Shown here one piece after another: positions 45,670 through 56,320 of a DNA stretch of 64,000 nucleotides. Location of the stretch: the NCBI GenBank assembly GCA_027484985.1, contig JAIXRW010000056.1, positions 2,814 through 66,813 of the forward strand. The letters run 5' to 3'. Numbering within the stretch: position 1 is the first letter of the stretch; every line of letters starts with the position of its first letter. The notes under the pieces were generated by a model that saw nothing but the letters and a program-made list of their open reading frames with translations, was not told where the DNA came from and ran no database searches. A program made the translations under genes and the position numbers. The DNA is from Rhodobacter sp. Its GTDB lineage: Bacteria; Pseudomonadota; Alphaproteobacteria; Rhodobacterales; Rhodobacteraceae.

Positions 45670-46608
45670 GTGACAAAACCGGACACTGGCATCGAATGGC
45701 CCACGCTGGCCGTCCTTGTGGCGACCTATGCGGCATGGGCTTTTGGCACGACGCTGCTTTATGCACTCTCGCCCCTTGCCGCCACGCTGCTGACCGGCAT
45801 CGCCATCGCGCAATTCTCTTCGCTCCAGCATGAAATCCTGCACGGCCACCCCTTCCGCAACCGCCGCCTGAACGAGGCGCTGGCCTTCCCCGCGCTCACG
45901 CTCACCGTGCCCTATGGCCGCTTCCGTGACACCCATCTTGCCCATCACCACGACCCGATCCTGACCGACCCCTATGACGATCCGGAATCGAACTATCTCG
46001 ATCCACAGGTCTGGGCGGGCATGACGGCACCGGCCAAGGCCTTGATGCGGATCAACAATACCCTTATCGGCCGCGTGGTGCTGGGCCCGCTTGTCGGCAC
46101 CGCGCTCTGGCTGCGGTCCGAAGCCACGCTGCTCTGGCAGGACGCGCCAGGATTGCGCCGCGACTGGACGCTGCATTTCGGCGGGCTGATCCTTGTGGCG
46201 CTTTGGCTATCGGCAGCGGCAATGCCGTGGTGGTCCTATCTTCTGGCCGCCTATCTGGGCCACGGCCTGCTCAAGATCCGCACCTTCCTTGAACACCGCG
46301 CCCACGAAGCCGCCCGCGCCCGCACCGTGGTGATCGAGGATCGCGGCCCCCTCGCCCTTCTGTTCCTGAACAACAACCTGCATGTCGTCCACCACATGCA
46401 CCCAGCCGTGCCATGGTATCGCCTGCCCGCGATCTATTCCGCCAACCGCGACCATTACCTGCGCCGCAACGAAGGCTATCGCTACCGCTCCTATGCCGAA
46501 ATCTTCGCCCGCTACCTTTGGCGCGCCAAGGATCCGGTGCCCCATCCGCTGATGGCCAACGCGGCTACTCGCCGGTCTGAAGATAATCGCCAACAATCGA
46601 TCACCTGA
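45670..46608 (+). CDS. fatty acid desaturase family membrane protein
   Basis: ORF track 312 aa, GTG start. Three His boxes: HEILHGH, HLAHHH, HVVHHMH. Confidence 0.85.
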   Translation: MTKPDTGIEWPTLAVLVATYAAWAFGTTLLYALSPLAATLLTGIAIAQFSSLQHEILHGHPFRNRRLNEALAFPALTLTVPYGRFRDTHLAHHHDPILTDPYDDPESNYLDPQVWAGMTAPAKALMRINNTLIGRVVLGPLVGTALWLRSEATLLWQDAPGLRRDWTLHFGGLILVALWLSAAAMPWWSYLLAAYLGHGLLKIRTFLEHRAHEAARARTVVIEDRGPLALLFLNNNLHVVHHMHPAVPWYRLPAIYSANRDHYLRRNEGYRYRSYAEIFARYLWRAKDPVPHPLMANAATRRSEDNRQQSIT

Positions 46609-46670
46609 TCGCGATCCGCACCCCAAAGCCGCCCGCCCGTGTTACACTCTGCCCAAACACGGAGTGTCCC

Positions 46671-47252
46671 ATGCGCCTCTCTGCCCCGATTGCCGCCCTG
46701 CTTGCCGCGCTTTCCCTCTGGCCGGCCCTGCCCGCCCGCGCCGCCCCCGTGGCCTATGCGCTGCAAGCCGAAAGCTCGACCGTCGGCTTCGAAACCGATT
46801 TCGGCCCCGACCACATCACAGGCACAATGCCAATCAAATCCGCCCGCCTGCTGATCGATTTCGACAAGCTGTCCAATTGCACCATCGACGTGGCGCTTGA
46901 TGTCGCGCATGCCACGGCTTCCTTCCCCTTCGCCGCGCAGGCGATGAAAGGGCCCAAAGTGCTTGATGCGGCAGCCTTTCCCGAAATGACCTTCCGCTCG
47001 GGCACCATCGCCCGCGCGGGCGACGGCGCCACGGTCGATGGCATGCTGACCCTGCGCGGCGTGACCCGCCCCGTCCGCCTTGCCGCCAGCATCTACCGCC
47101 AGCAGGGCAGCGCCACCGGCGATCTGTCACATCTCACGGTGCTCTTGACTGGGCGCGTCAACCGCTCAGATTACGGCGCGACAGGATGGGCCGACATGGT
47201 GGGCGACGAGGTGCGCCTGACCATCACCGCCCGCATCGCAAGGGCCGACTGA
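46671..47252 (+). CDS. YceI family periplasmic protein
   Basis: ORF track 193 aa. Signal peptide and YceI-like blocks (STVGFETDF, TLRGVTRPV, DEVRLTI). Confidence 0.85.
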   Translation: MRLSAPIAALLAALSLWPALPARAAPVAYALQAESSTVGFETDFGPDHITGTMPIKSARLLIDFDKLSNCTIDVALDVAHATASFPFAAQAMKGPKVLDAAAFPEMTFRSGTIARAGDGATVDGMLTLRGVTRPVRLAASIYRQQGSATGDLSHLTVLLTGRVNRSDYGATGWADMVGDEVRLTITARIARAD

Positions 47253-47789
47253 ATGTTGCGCAACACGACCGACCGCTTTGGCCTGATCACCCGCGCCCTG
47301 CATTGGGGCATCGCGGGGCTGATCGTGGTGCAACTGCCGCTGGGCCTGCGGCTGTCCGACATGCAGCCCGGCCTTGCCAACCTCTGGCTTTATTCCGCGC
47401 ACAAGACGCTGGGCCTGTCGATCTTTGCCCTCGTGGCGCTGCGGATCGTCTGGCACATCATCTCGCCCCCGCCCGCCCCGATGGGCGGCGGCTGGCAGGC
47501 CCGGATGGCCAAGGCCGTGCATTGGGCAATCTACGGGATGATGGTCGCCATCCCCCTGTCGGGCTGGGTCGCCTCCAGCGCCACGGGCATCGACATCCTG
47601 CTGTTCGACCGTATCCCCGTGCCCGCCATCGCCCCCGTCTCGGCGCAATGGGAAGCCACCGCCTTCGCCATCCACGACATCGCGACCAAACTTCTGATGG
47701 CGCTTCTGGCCATCCATATCGGCGCGGCCTTCAAGCGCGAGATCGACGGCGACGGCACCCTGACCCGTATGCTGCGCGGCCACCGCTGA
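47253..47789 (+). CDS. cytochrome b561 family protein
   Basis: ORF track 178 aa. ATG directly follows the yceI stop. Conserved His in TM helices (ALHWGIA, SAHKTLG, AVHWAIY, AIHDIA). Confidence 0.85.
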   Translation: MLRNTTDRFGLITRALHWGIAGLIVVQLPLGLRLSDMQPGLANLWLYSAHKTLGLSIFALVALRIVWHIISPPPAPMGGGWQARMAKAVHWAIYGMMVAIPLSGWVASSATGIDILLFDRIPVPAIAPVSAQWEATAFAIHDIATKLLMALLAIHIGAAFKREIDGDGTLTRMLRGHR

Positions 47790-47904
47790 CGGGGCGTTTT
47801 TTCCCCACAAAATCCGGGGTCAAGCCGCGCTTGGCCTGCCTATCCTCTGGCCCTTCGCCGCGCCCCGCGCTAGAACCCGCGCGGACCGGACGAAAGGCGC
47901 TGCC

Positions 47905-49623
47905 ATGGCACGAATCCTCATCACTTCCGCCATCCCCTATATCAACGGGATCAAGCACCTCGGAAACCTCGTGGGCAGCCAGTTGCCCGCCGACCTCTTC
48001 GCCCGCTACATGCGCGCCCGCGGGCACGAGGTGATGTTCATCTGCGCCACCGACGAACACGGCACCCCCGCCGAACTGGCCGCCGCCAAAGCCGGCAAAC
48101 CGGTCGAGGAATATTGCGCCGAAATGCATCAGGTGCAGGCCGATCTGGCCCGTGGCTTCCGTCTGTCTTTCGACCATTTCGGCCGCTCGTCGTCGCAGCG
48201 CAACCACCGCCTGACCCAGCATTTCGCAGGGCGTCTGGCCGAGAACGGGCTGATTCAGGAAGTGTCGGAAAAGCAGGTCTTTTCCATCGACGACAACCGC
48301 TTCCTGCCCGACCGCTACATCACGGGCACCTGCCCGAACTGCGGCAATACCAACGCCCGCGGCGACCAGTGCGAGGAATGCACCAAGCAGCTTGACCCGA
48401 CCGACCTGATCAACCCGCGCTCGTCGATCTCGGGCTCGACCAACCTCGAAGTGCGCGAAACCAAGCACCTCTACCTCCGCCAGCGGGCGCTCAAGGACAA
48501 GCTGGAAACGTGGATCGACTCCAAGACCGACTGGCCCGTCCTCACCACATCTATCGCCAAGAAATGGCTCAATGATGGTGACGGCTTGCAGGATCGCGGC
48601 ATCACCCGCGACCTCTATTGGGGCATCCCCGTCAAAAAGGGCGATGCACCTTGGCCCGGCATGGAAGGCAAGGTGTTCTACGTCTGGTTCGATGCCCCCA
48701 TCGAATATATCGCAGGCACCGCAGAATGGGCCGATGCGAACGGGCTGGATGACGCCGCATGGGAACGCTGGTGGCGCACCGACAAGGGTGCGTCCGATGT
48801 CACCTATTTCCAGTTCATGGGCAAAGACAACGTGCCCTTCCACACGCTGTCCTTCCCCGCCACCATCCTCGGCTCGGGCGAGCCGTGGAAGCTTGTGGAT
48901 TACCTCAAATCCTTCAACTACCTGAACTACGATGGCGGCCAGTTCTCCACCAGCCAAGGCCGCGGCGTGTTCATGGATCAGGCGCTTTCGATCCTGCCCG
49001 CCGATTACTGGCGCTGGTGGCTGCTCTCGCACGCCCCAGAATCCTCGGATTCGGAATTCACCTGGGAAAACTTCCAGGCTTCGGTGAACAAGGATCTGGC
49101 CGATGTGCTGGGCAACCTCGTCTCCCGCGTCACCAAATTCGCCAAATCGAAACTGGGCGAAACCATTCCCGCAGGCGGCACGTTCGGCCCGCAGGAAACC
49201 GCCCTCATCGCCGATCTCGGCGCCCGCATCCAAGTGTATGAGGCGCTGATGGAACAGATGGAGGTCCGCAAGGCGGCCGCAGAACTGCGCGCCATCTGGG
49301 TGATCGGCAACGAATACCTGCAATCCGCCGCCCCGTGGAGCGTGGTCAAGACCGATCCCGAACAGGCACAGGCGCAGGTGCGGCTCGCCCTCAACCTGAT
49401 CCGCGTCTATGCCATCCTGTCGCAACCCTTCATCCCCGATGCCGCCGCCACCATGATGGCCGCCATGGGTTCGGAGGATTGGTCATGGCCCGCCGATATC
49501 GGCGCCGCCATGCGCGCCCTGCCCGCAGGCGCCGCCTTCTCGGTGCCGGAAAACCTGTTCCGCAAGATCACCGACGAAGAACGCGCCGACTGGCAAAAAC
49601 GCTTCTCGGGCATCCGCGCCTGA
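47905..49623 (+). CDS. metG: methionine--tRNA ligase
   Basis: ORF track 572 aa. [11 protein letters not shown] (HIGH-like), zinc knuckle [26 protein letters not shown] (KMSKS-like). Confidence 0.95.
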   Translation: MARILITSAIPYINGIKHLGNLVGSQLPADLFARYMRARGHEVMFICATDEHGTPAELAAAKAGKPVEEYCAEMHQVQADLARGFRLSFDHFGRSSSQRNHRLTQHFAGRLAENGLIQEVSEKQVFSIDDNRFLPDRYITGTCPNCGNTNARGDQCEECTKQLDPTDLINPRSSISGSTNLEVRETKHLYLRQRALKDKLETWIDSKTDWPVLTTSIAKKWLNDGDGLQDRGITRDLYWGIPVKKGDAPWPGMEGKVFYVWFDAPIEYIAGTAEWADANGLDDAAWERWWRTDKGASDVTYFQFMGKDNVPFHTLSFPATILGSGEPWKLVDYLKSFNYLNYDGGQFSTSQGRGVFMDQALSILPADYWRWWLLSHAPESSDSEFTWENFQASVNKDLADVLGNLVSRVTKFAKSKLGETIPAGGTFGPQETALIADLGARIQVYEALMEQMEVRKAAAELRAIWVIGNEYLQSAAPWSVVKTDPEQAQAQVRLALNLIRVYAILSQPFIPDAAATMMAAMGSEDWSWPADIGAAMRALPAGAAFSVPENLFRKITDEERADWQKRFSGIRA

Positions 49624-49626
49624 CCT

Positions 49627-49694
49627 CATTTTCTGCCCGACAAATATCCTCGGGGGGAGCCCGCAACGCGGGCGTGGGGGGCAGACAGCCCCCC
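49627..49694 (+). repeat. intergenic repeat family A, forward copy
   Basis: CATTTTCTGCCCGACAAATATCCTCGGGGGGAGCCCGCAACGCGGGCGTGGGGGGCAGACAGCCCCCC. Confidence 0.75.
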
Positions 49695-49720
49695 TGCCCC
49701 CCCAGCAACCGGAGCGACCC

Positions 49721-50710
49721 ATGACCCTTTCCACCACCCGGTTCGGCAAGACCGGCCGCAACACCACCCGCATCGGTTTCGGCGCATGGGCCATCGGCGG
49801 CTCGTGGGGTGACGTGTCCGAAGCCGACGCCCGCGCCACGCTGGAAGCCGCACTTGACGCCGGCATGACCTTCATCGACACCGCCGATGTCTATGGCGAC
49901 GGCCGGTCGGAACGCATCATCCGCGATGTGCTGAAAACCCGCACCGACAAACCCTTCGTCGCCACCAAGGCCGGCCGCCGCCTGAACCCGCATATCGCCG
50001 CAGGCTACACCCCCGCCAATATCGAAGCCTTCATCGACCGCAGCCTGACCAATCTTGGCGTCGATTGCCTCGACCTCGTGCAACTCCACTGCCCGCCGAC
50101 CGAAGCCTATTACACCCCCGCCCTGTTCGACGGGATGGAGGCGCTGAAACAGCAGGGCAAGATCGCCCAATGGGGCGTGTCCGTCGAAAAGGTGGAAGAG
50201 GCGCTGAAAGCCATCGAATATCCCGGCTGCGCCTCGGTCCAGATCATCTACAACATCTTCCGCCAACGCCCCGAAACGCTGTTCTTCCGCGAGGCACAGG
50301 CGCGGGGCGTGGCGGTGATCGCCCGCGTTCCCCTCGCCAGCGGAATGCTCACGGGCAAATTGACCGCCGCTAGCACCTTTGCCGCCGATGACCACCGCGC
50401 CTTCAACCGCCATGGCGAGGCCTTCGATATGGGCGAAACCTTCTCGGGCGTGCCGTATGATGTGGCGCTGCAAGCGGTCGAAGAACTGCGCCCGCTGGTG
50501 CCGCAAGGCGCGACCATGGCCCAATTCGCCCTGCGCTGGATCCTGATGCAGGATGCCGTCACCGTGGTGATCCCCGGCGCCCGCACGCCTGCGCAATCGG
50601 CTGCCAATGCCGGTGCCGATGCATTGGCCCCGCTGCCCGCCGAAACCATGGCGGCCTGCCGCGATGTCTATGAGCGGCTGATCGCGCCCCACGTCCACCA
50701 CCGCTGGTAA
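49721..50710 (+). CDS. aldo/keto reductase
   Basis: ORF track 329 aa. GFGAWAIGG...FIDTADVYGDGRSE, DLVQLHCP. Confidence 0.9.
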   Translation: MTLSTTRFGKTGRNTTRIGFGAWAIGGSWGDVSEADARATLEAALDAGMTFIDTADVYGDGRSERIIRDVLKTRTDKPFVATKAGRRLNPHIAAGYTPANIEAFIDRSLTNLGVDCLDLVQLHCPPTEAYYTPALFDGMEALKQQGKIAQWGVSVEKVEEALKAIEYPGCASVQIIYNIFRQRPETLFFREAQARGVAVIARVPLASGMLTGKLTAASTFAADDHRAFNRHGEAFDMGETFSGVPYDVALQAVEELRPLVPQGATMAQFALRWILMQDAVTVVIPGARTPAQSAANAGADALAPLPAETMAACRDVYERLIAPHVHHRW

Positions 50711-50714
50711 GGCA

Positions 50715-50784
50715 AGGGGGGCCTTCTGCCCCCCTCGGCCTTGCGGCCTCACCCCCCGAGAGTATTTGGGCAAAGGTGAAGGGG
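50715..50784 (-). repeat. intergenic repeat family A, reverse copy
   Basis: GGGGGGCCTTCTGCCCCCCTCGGCCTTGCGGCCTCACCCCCCGAGAGTATTTGGGCAAAGGTGAAGGGG. Confidence 0.75.
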
Positions 50785-50788
50785 CAGA

Positions 50789-52165
50789 TCAGGCCAAGGG
50801 CACCGTGCCCGCCAGCACCTCGCCCGCTGCAAGCAGCACATCCTCGCGGTGCCATCCGGCCAGAAGCTGCACCCCCATCGGGGTCGGCCCCGCAAGATCG
50901 GTCGTGACGACAAGTCCGGGCAGGCCCATCAAGGGCGGCGCGATCTGGGGCAGTTTCGCTTCGAGCACATGGGCGAAATCGGCTTCCGACCGCACATCAA
51001 GCTGATCCGGGAACGGGGCGTCGCCCGACACGGGGCACAGCACCAGCGGCCAATCGGCCAGAAAGCCCCGCCACAGGCGCGTCAGCCGCGCCCGCGCCTG
51101 CAAGGCCCGCATCAGCCCATCAGCCGTCAATGGCGCGACCATGCGGTCCAGACAGCCATGGATGAACAGCGCGTCGGGGTCGCCTTCGTCTTGCACGGCT
51201 TTGGCGGATGCGTGGCGCATGTCGGCCATCCAGAGGTGCAACTGCACCTCCCATGCCTCGCGCCAAGGGGGTGTGGTCACCTCGTCCACCGCATAGCCTG
51301 CATCCGCCAGCCGCCGCGCCGCAGCCTCCAGCGCAGCCCGCACCGCAGGCGCGACCGCCAATCCTTCGGGCGCGGGGCAGAAGGCGACTTTCCGTTCCGT
51401 TTCAACCCCTTGCAGCGGGGCGCCGATATACCACGGATCGCGCGCATCGGCCGCCGCCAGCGCCGCAAGCGACAGCCGCAAATCCCCGACCGACCGCGCC
51501 AGCGGCCCCGACACGGCCATCAACTGCCCGCCGATCAACCGGTCCGCCGCCGTGGCGTTATAGGCCGGAACGCGGCCAAGCGAGGGGCGCAAGCCATGCA
51601 CACCGCATGCATATGCGGGGTAACGGATCGACCCCGCGATATCGGTCCCATGCGCCACCGCCCCCATGCCCGATGCCACCGCCGCCCCCGCCCCGCCCGA
51701 CGACCCGCCCGGCGTCAGCCCCGCCACACGGGGGTTGACGGTCGTGCCATGCAGCGAATTGCGGGTGAACCAGCGCAAACTGAAAGCGGGCGTATTCGTC
51801 CGCCCGATGATCACCGCCCCCGCACGGCGCAGGTTTGCCACCACGGGGCTATCCTCGGCCGCCACCAGCCCCGCCTGACGGCGCAGCCCGTTGGTCGTGG
51901 CAAAGCCCTTCTGGTCCACATTCACCTTGACCGTCACGGGCACCCCCGCCATCGGCCCCAAGGCCTCGCCCCGCGCCCGCGCCGCATCGATGGCATCAGC
52001 CGCCGCCAGCGCCGCATCATCGCAGCGGGCAACGATGGCATTCAGCCCCCCGTTCACCGCATCGACCCGCGCCAGCGCCGCCATCGCCACCTCGCGCGCG
52101 GAAACCGCCCCCGATGCCACAGCTGCTGCGGTCTCGGTTGCCGTCAGCTCGTGCCATTGCGCCAT
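50789..52165 (-). CDS. amidase (amidase-signature family)
   Basis: Start at MAQWHELTATE within ORF 50789..52222. GGSSGGAGAAVASG signature. Confidence 0.85.
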   Translation of the reverse strand: MAQWHELTATETAAAVASGAVSAREVAMAALARVDAVNGGLNAIVARCDDAALAAADAIDAARARGEALGPMAGVPVTVKVNVDQKGFATTNGLRRQAGLVAAEDSPVVANLRRAGAVIIGRTNTPAFSLRWFTRNSLHGTTVNPRVAGLTPGGSSGGAGAAVASGMGAVAHGTDIAGSIRYPAYACGVHGLRPSLGRVPAYNATAADRLIGGQLMAVSGPLARSVGDLRLSLAALAAADARDPWYIGAPLQGVETERKVAFCPAPEGLAVAPAVRAALEAAARRLADAGYAVDEVTTPPWREAWEVQLHLWMADMRHASAKAVQDEGDPDALFIHGCLDRMVAPLTADGLMRALQARARLTRLWRGFLADWPLVLCPVSGDAPFPDQLDVRSEADFAHVLEAKLPQIAPPLMGLPGLVVTTDLAGPTPMGVQLLAGWHREDVLLAAGEVLAGTVPLA

Positions 52166-52263
52166 CTTGCCCCCCGCAGCCCTGCCTTGGCACAGGCTAG
52201 GGCGCGGCGGGGCCTGGCGCAACCGCGCCCGCTGTCAGGCCTTGTCGCGAGGGAAAGCCCCGG

Positions 52264-53703
52264 TCAGCCGCTGATGAAATCGGCCAGCACCGCCCGCGTG
52301 CCCCGTGCGGCCAGATCGCGCAGGAAGCCTGCGAAACAGTCGATCACCGCCGCATCGCGGCCCACCGCGCCATAGATATCTTCCATCGCCAGCCAAAGCG
52401 CCGGATCACCCGCCGCCGCCCGCGCCACGGCTTGCAACCTGTCCCAGTTCGGATCGTTGGGTTCGATCACCAACCCGTCATCCGCCACACCCGCGCAATA
52501 GCGGCACCACAGCGCGGATTCGAGGATAAGCCCCCGCGGCAGGCGCCCCGCGGCCAGATTGTCGGCAATCGAGGGGATGATGAATTTCGGCTGGCGGTTC
52601 GACCCGTCAAGACACAGTCGCCGCTCGGTATCGGCCACTTCGGGGTTCGAAAAGCGTTCGTGGATCAGCTTGTAGTAATCGCCAAGGTCGGTGCCCGGAA
52701 CGGGCGGCACGATGGGGATGATCTCTTCCCGTTCGACCTTGTCCAGAAACCCCGCAATCAGCGGCTCGGCCATCGCCTCGTGCACATATTCGATGCCCAT
52801 CAGCCCACCCGGATAGGCGATGATCGCGTGGCCCCCGTTCAGGATGCGGATCTTCATCGCCTCGAAGGCGTGGACATGGGGGGTGAAGGTCACACCCACC
52901 GCTTCCAGCGGCGGGCGGCCTGCGGGGAAGTTGTCCTCCAGCACCCATTGGCGGAACGGCTCGCAGGTCACGGGAACCGGGTCGTCGCCAAGGCCGAATG
53001 TCGCAGCCAGCTCGCGTTCACGCGGGCCGGTGGCGGGGGTGATGCGGTCCACCATGCCGTTGGGAAAGGCGACATTGGTGGCCACCCAATCGGCAAAGGC
53101 AGGGTCGGACAGCCGTGCCAGCCCTACCACGGCGGCTTGGGTGACATGGCCGTTGCCGGGAAGGTTGTCGCAGGACATGACCGTAAAGGGCTGCACGCCC
53201 GCCGCCCGCCGCCGTTTCAGCGCCGCCAAAATCGCGCCAAAGGCCGTGGCGGGGCGGTCGGGGTTCGCCCCGTCGGCCACGATATCGGGATGGGCGGGGT
53301 CGAAGCGGCCCGTCGCGGGATCGACGTAATAGCCGCCTTCCGTCACGGTCAGCGACACGATGCGGATCGCGGGGTCGCACATCGCGGCAATCAGGGCGGC
53401 GTTGTCGTCTTGCACCGCGATAAAGCCCACCATCGACCCCACGCGCCGCGCCTTGTGGCCCGAAGGATCAAGCTCGATCACCGTCGAAAGACAATCCTGC
53501 GCCAGAAGCGCCTCGCGCATCCGCGCGTCACCGGCCCTGACCCCCGCCCCCAGAATGGCCCAATCCTGCGCCAGACCCTTGGCGAACAAGTCATCCAGAT
53601 AGACCGCCATATGGGCGCGGTGGAAATTGCCCAGCCCGATATGCACGATGCCGGGGGTCAGCTTGGAACGGTCATAGGCGGGCATGTGAACGGTTTCGGT
53701 CAT
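52264..53703 (-). CDS. mtlK: mannitol 2-dehydrogenase (long-chain polyol dehydrogenase family)
   Basis: ORF track 52264..53718 has a TTG start; ATG at 53703 preferred. GIVHIGLGNFHRAH dinucleotide motif. Last gene of the polyol operon, as in R. sphaeroides smo/mtlK. Confidence 0.85.
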   Translation of the reverse strand: MTETVHMPAYDRSKLTPGIVHIGLGNFHRAHMAVYLDDLFAKGLAQDWAILGAGVRAGDARMREALLAQDCLSTVIELDPSGHKARRVGSMVGFIAVQDDNAALIAAMCDPAIRIVSLTVTEGGYYVDPATGRFDPAHPDIVADGANPDRPATAFGAILAALKRRRAAGVQPFTVMSCDNLPGNGHVTQAAVVGLARLSDPAFADWVATNVAFPNGMVDRITPATGPRERELAATFGLGDDPVPVTCEPFRQWVLEDNFPAGRPPLEAVGVTFTPHVHAFEAMKIRILNGGHAIIAYPGGLMGIEYVHEAMAEPLIAGFLDKVEREEIIPIVPPVPGTDLGDYYKLIHERFSNPEVADTERRLCLDGSNRQPKFIIPSIADNLAAGRLPRGLILESALWCRYCAGVADDGLVIEPNDPNWDRLQAVARAAAGDPALWLAMEDIYGAVGRDAAVIDCFAGFLRDLAARGTRAVLADFISG

Positions 53704-53790
53704 GGTCTTGGCCTTCAAGGTAAAAGGATCGCCGCGCGGGGCGCGACCATCGGTGTCAGGGCTAGGGGTCGGCCTGTCATCGTTCCCCCC

Positions 53791-54546
53791 TCATGCCATC
53801 CAGTTGCCGCCATCGACGCCATAGGTCTGGCCGACAACGTATTGCGCCGCATCCGAGGCAAGGAATACCGCCATATGCGCCACCTCCTCGGCCCGCCCGA
53901 AGCGTCCGAAGGGCACCCCTGCCGCGACCTGCCGCTTCTTCTCGCCAATCGCCAAGCCTTCGGTGCGGGCGAACAGGGCATCCACATGATCCCACATGTC
54001 ACTTTCGATCACGCCGGGGGCGATGGCATTCACGTTGATGCCGTGGGAAATCAGGTTCAGCCCTGCCGACTGGGTCAGCGAAATCACCGCTGCCTTGGTC
54101 GCGCAATAGACCGCGCCGAGCGGTTCGCCCCGCCGCCCCGCCTGACTGGCAAGGTTGATGATCTTGCCGCCCGTGCCTTGGGCGATCATGGTCTTGGCGG
54201 CGGCTTGCAGGGTGAACAGGGTTCCCGCAACATTGACGGCGAAAAGCTTGTCGTAACTGGCCCGCGTCACCTCGACGATGGGCGCAAGGTCATAGACGCC
54301 CGCGTTGTTCACGAGGATGTCGATCCCGCCCAGTTGGCCCAAGGCGGCGGCAAATCCGGCCTCGATCCCCGCTTGCGTCGCCACGTCCATCGCCAAGGCC
54401 TGCAATCCGGCCTCGGCAAAGCCATCGACGCGCAGGTCGGCCACGACGACATGCGCGCCTTCGTCGCGGAAGGCCCGCGCGGTGGCAAGGCCGATGCCGC
54501 GGATGCCGCCTGTTACCAATGCCCGTTTGCCCGCCAAGCGCTGCAT
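53791..54546 (-). CDS. SDR family oxidoreductase, paralog of the adjacent sorbitol dehydrogenase
   Basis: Start at MQRLAGKRALVTGGIRGIG within ORF 53791..54618. YCATKAA catalytic motif. Long stretches are identical to the neighbouring SmoS-like protein ([46 protein letters not shown]). Confidence 0.85.
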   Translation of the reverse strand: MQRLAGKRALVTGGIRGIGLATARAFRDEGAHVVVADLRVDGFAEAGLQALAMDVATQAGIEAGFAAALGQLGGIDILVNNAGVYDLAPIVEVTRASYDKLFAVNVAGTLFTLQAAAKTMIAQGTGGKIINLASQAGRRGEPLGAVYCATKAAVISLTQSAGLNLISHGINVNAIAPGVIESDMWDHVDALFARTEGLAIGEKKRQVAAGVPFGRFGRAEEVAHMAVFLASDAAQYVVGQTYGVDGGNWMA

Positions 54547-54547
54547 G

Positions 54548-55318
54548 TCAGGCCAGCCAGTTCCCGCCATCGACCCCAAAGGTCTGGGCGACCACATAAT
54601 CGGCCTCGGACGTGGCAAGGAACACGGCCATTCCGGTCAGGTCTGCCGCCGTTCCCATGCGGCCAAAGGGCACGGCGTCGCCCACCTCGCGCTTTTTCTG
54701 GCCAAGGGGTTTGTTTTCGTACTTGGCGAAAAAGGCATCGACCCCGTCCCAATGTTCGCCATCCACCACACCCGGGGCGATGGCGTTCACGTTGATGCCG
54801 TGCCTGATCAGGTTCAGCCCCGCGCTTTGCGTCAGGGAAATGACCGCCGCCTTGGTCGCGCAATAGACCGCAACGAGGGATTCACCGCGCCGCCCCGCCT
54901 GTGACGCCATGTTGATGATCTTGCCGCCCTGCCCGCGTTCGATCATGTGCTTGGCCGCCGCCTGCAGGCAGAACAGCGTGCCCGCCACATTGACCGCGAA
55001 CAGCCTGTCATAATCGGCCCGCGTGATTTCCGCGATAGGCGCGGCCGAAAACAGCGCGGCGTTGTTGATCAGGATGTCCAGCTTGCCCAGCTTGGCAATG
55101 GCCCCGGCAAAACCCGCATCGATGCTGTCCTGCCGCGTCACATCCATCTGCACGCCAATCGCCTGCGGCCCCAGTTCGGCCACCGCCCGCTCAAGCGCTG
55201 CGGCGTTGATATCGGCCAAGGCCACCTTGGCCCCCTGCGCGATATAGGCGCGCGCGAATTCCAACCCGATGCCGCGCGCGGCCCCCGTGATCAGCGCCGT
55301 CTTGCCTGCCAGTCTCAT
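54548..55318 (-). CDS. smoS: sorbitol dehydrogenase (SDR), SmoS-like
   Basis: Start at [18 protein letters not shown] within ORF 54548..55507 (256 aa). Close to my recollection of R. sphaeroides SmoS ([56 protein letters not shown]). ATGA overlap with smoK. Confidence 0.85.
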   Translation of the reverse strand: MRLAGKTALITGAARGIGLEFARAYIAQGAKVALADINAAALERAVAELGPQAIGVQMDVTRQDSIDAGFAGAIAKLGKLDILINNAALFSAAPIAEITRADYDRLFAVNVAGTLFCLQAAAKHMIERGQGGKIINMASQAGRRGESLVAVYCATKAAVISLTQSAGLNLIRHGINVNAIAPGVVDGEHWDGVDAFFAKYENKPLGQKKREVGDAVPFGRMGTAADLTGMAVFLATSEADYVVAQTFGVDGGNWLA

Positions 55319-56313
55319 GCCAGTGCCTTTCCGTCCGTGCCAAAGCGGTGCAGCTTGTCCAGTTGCGGGGCCAGCGCCACCGCGTCGCCATGGCGCAAGG
55401 TGATCTCGCCCCCCGCCCGCACGGTCAGCATGCCCACCCCGTCCACCTGCACCCGCAGGAACGTGTCCGACCCCAGATGTTCCGACAGCCCCACCACGCC
55501 CTGCCACGGCCCGCCATCCTGCACGGTGATATGTTCTGGCCGGATGCCAATGGTGACGGCGCCGTGCTTTGCCGCCTCGGCCCCGTCGATCAGGTTCATC
55601 TTCGGGCTGCCGATGAAGCCCGCGACAAACAGGTTCGCGGGGTGGTGATACAGTTCGAGCGGGCTGCCCACCTGCTCGATCCGGCCCGCATTCAGCACCA
55701 CGATCTTGTCGGCCATGGTCATCGCCTCGACCTGATCATGGGTCACATAGATCATCGTCGTTTTCAGCGTCTGGTGCAGTTCGGTGATTTCCTGCCGCAT
55801 CGACACGCGCAGCGCGGCATCAAGGTTCGACAGCGGTTCATCGAACAGAAACGCCGCCGGTTCGCGCACGATGGCCCGCCCGATGGCGACCCGCTGGCGC
55901 TGCCCGCCCGAAAGCTGGCCGGGGCGGCGGTCAAGATAACTGGTCAGGTTCAGGATACGCGCTGCATTGGCCACGCGCTTTTCCTGCTCGGCCACCGGCA
56001 GCCCCGCCATTTTCAGCGGAAAGGCGATGTTCTTCCTGACCGACATATGCGGATAAAGCGCATAGGACTGGAACACCATGGCCAGCCCCCGCTTGGCAGG
56101 CGGAAGCTGGGTTGCGTCCTTGCCGTCAATCTCGATCACACCGCCCGTGGTGTCCTCAAGCCCCGCGATCAGGCGCAGCAGGGTCGATTTCCCGCATCCC
56201 GAAGGGCCCACGAATACGACAAACTCGCCCTCGTCGATGTCCAGGTCGATCCCCGGAATGACCGCGACATCCCCAAAGGATTTTCGCACCTGTTTCAGTG
56301 TTATCTTGCCCAT
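55315..56313 (-). CDS. smoK: sorbitol/mannitol ABC transporter ATP-binding protein
   Basis: ORF track 332 aa. Walker [10 protein letters not shown] and signature LSGGQRQR. MalK/UgpC-type C-terminal domain. Confidence 0.9.
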   Translation of the reverse strand: MGKITLKQVRKSFGDVAVIPGIDLDIDEGEFVVFVGPSGCGKSTLLRLIAGLEDTTGGVIEIDGKDATQLPPAKRGLAMVFQSYALYPHMSVRKNIAFPLKMAGLPVAEQEKRVANAARILNLTSYLDRRPGQLSGGQRQRVAIGRAIVREPAAFLFDEPLSNLDAALRVSMRQEITELHQTLKTTMIYVTHDQVEAMTMADKIVVLNAGRIEQVGSPLELYHHPANLFVAGFIGSPKMNLIDGAEAAKHGAVTIGIRPEHITVQDGGPWQGVVGLSEHLGSDTFLRVQVDGVGMLTVRAGGEITLRHGDAVALAPQLDKLHRFGTDGKALA

Positions 56314-56320
56314 ATGGCCC

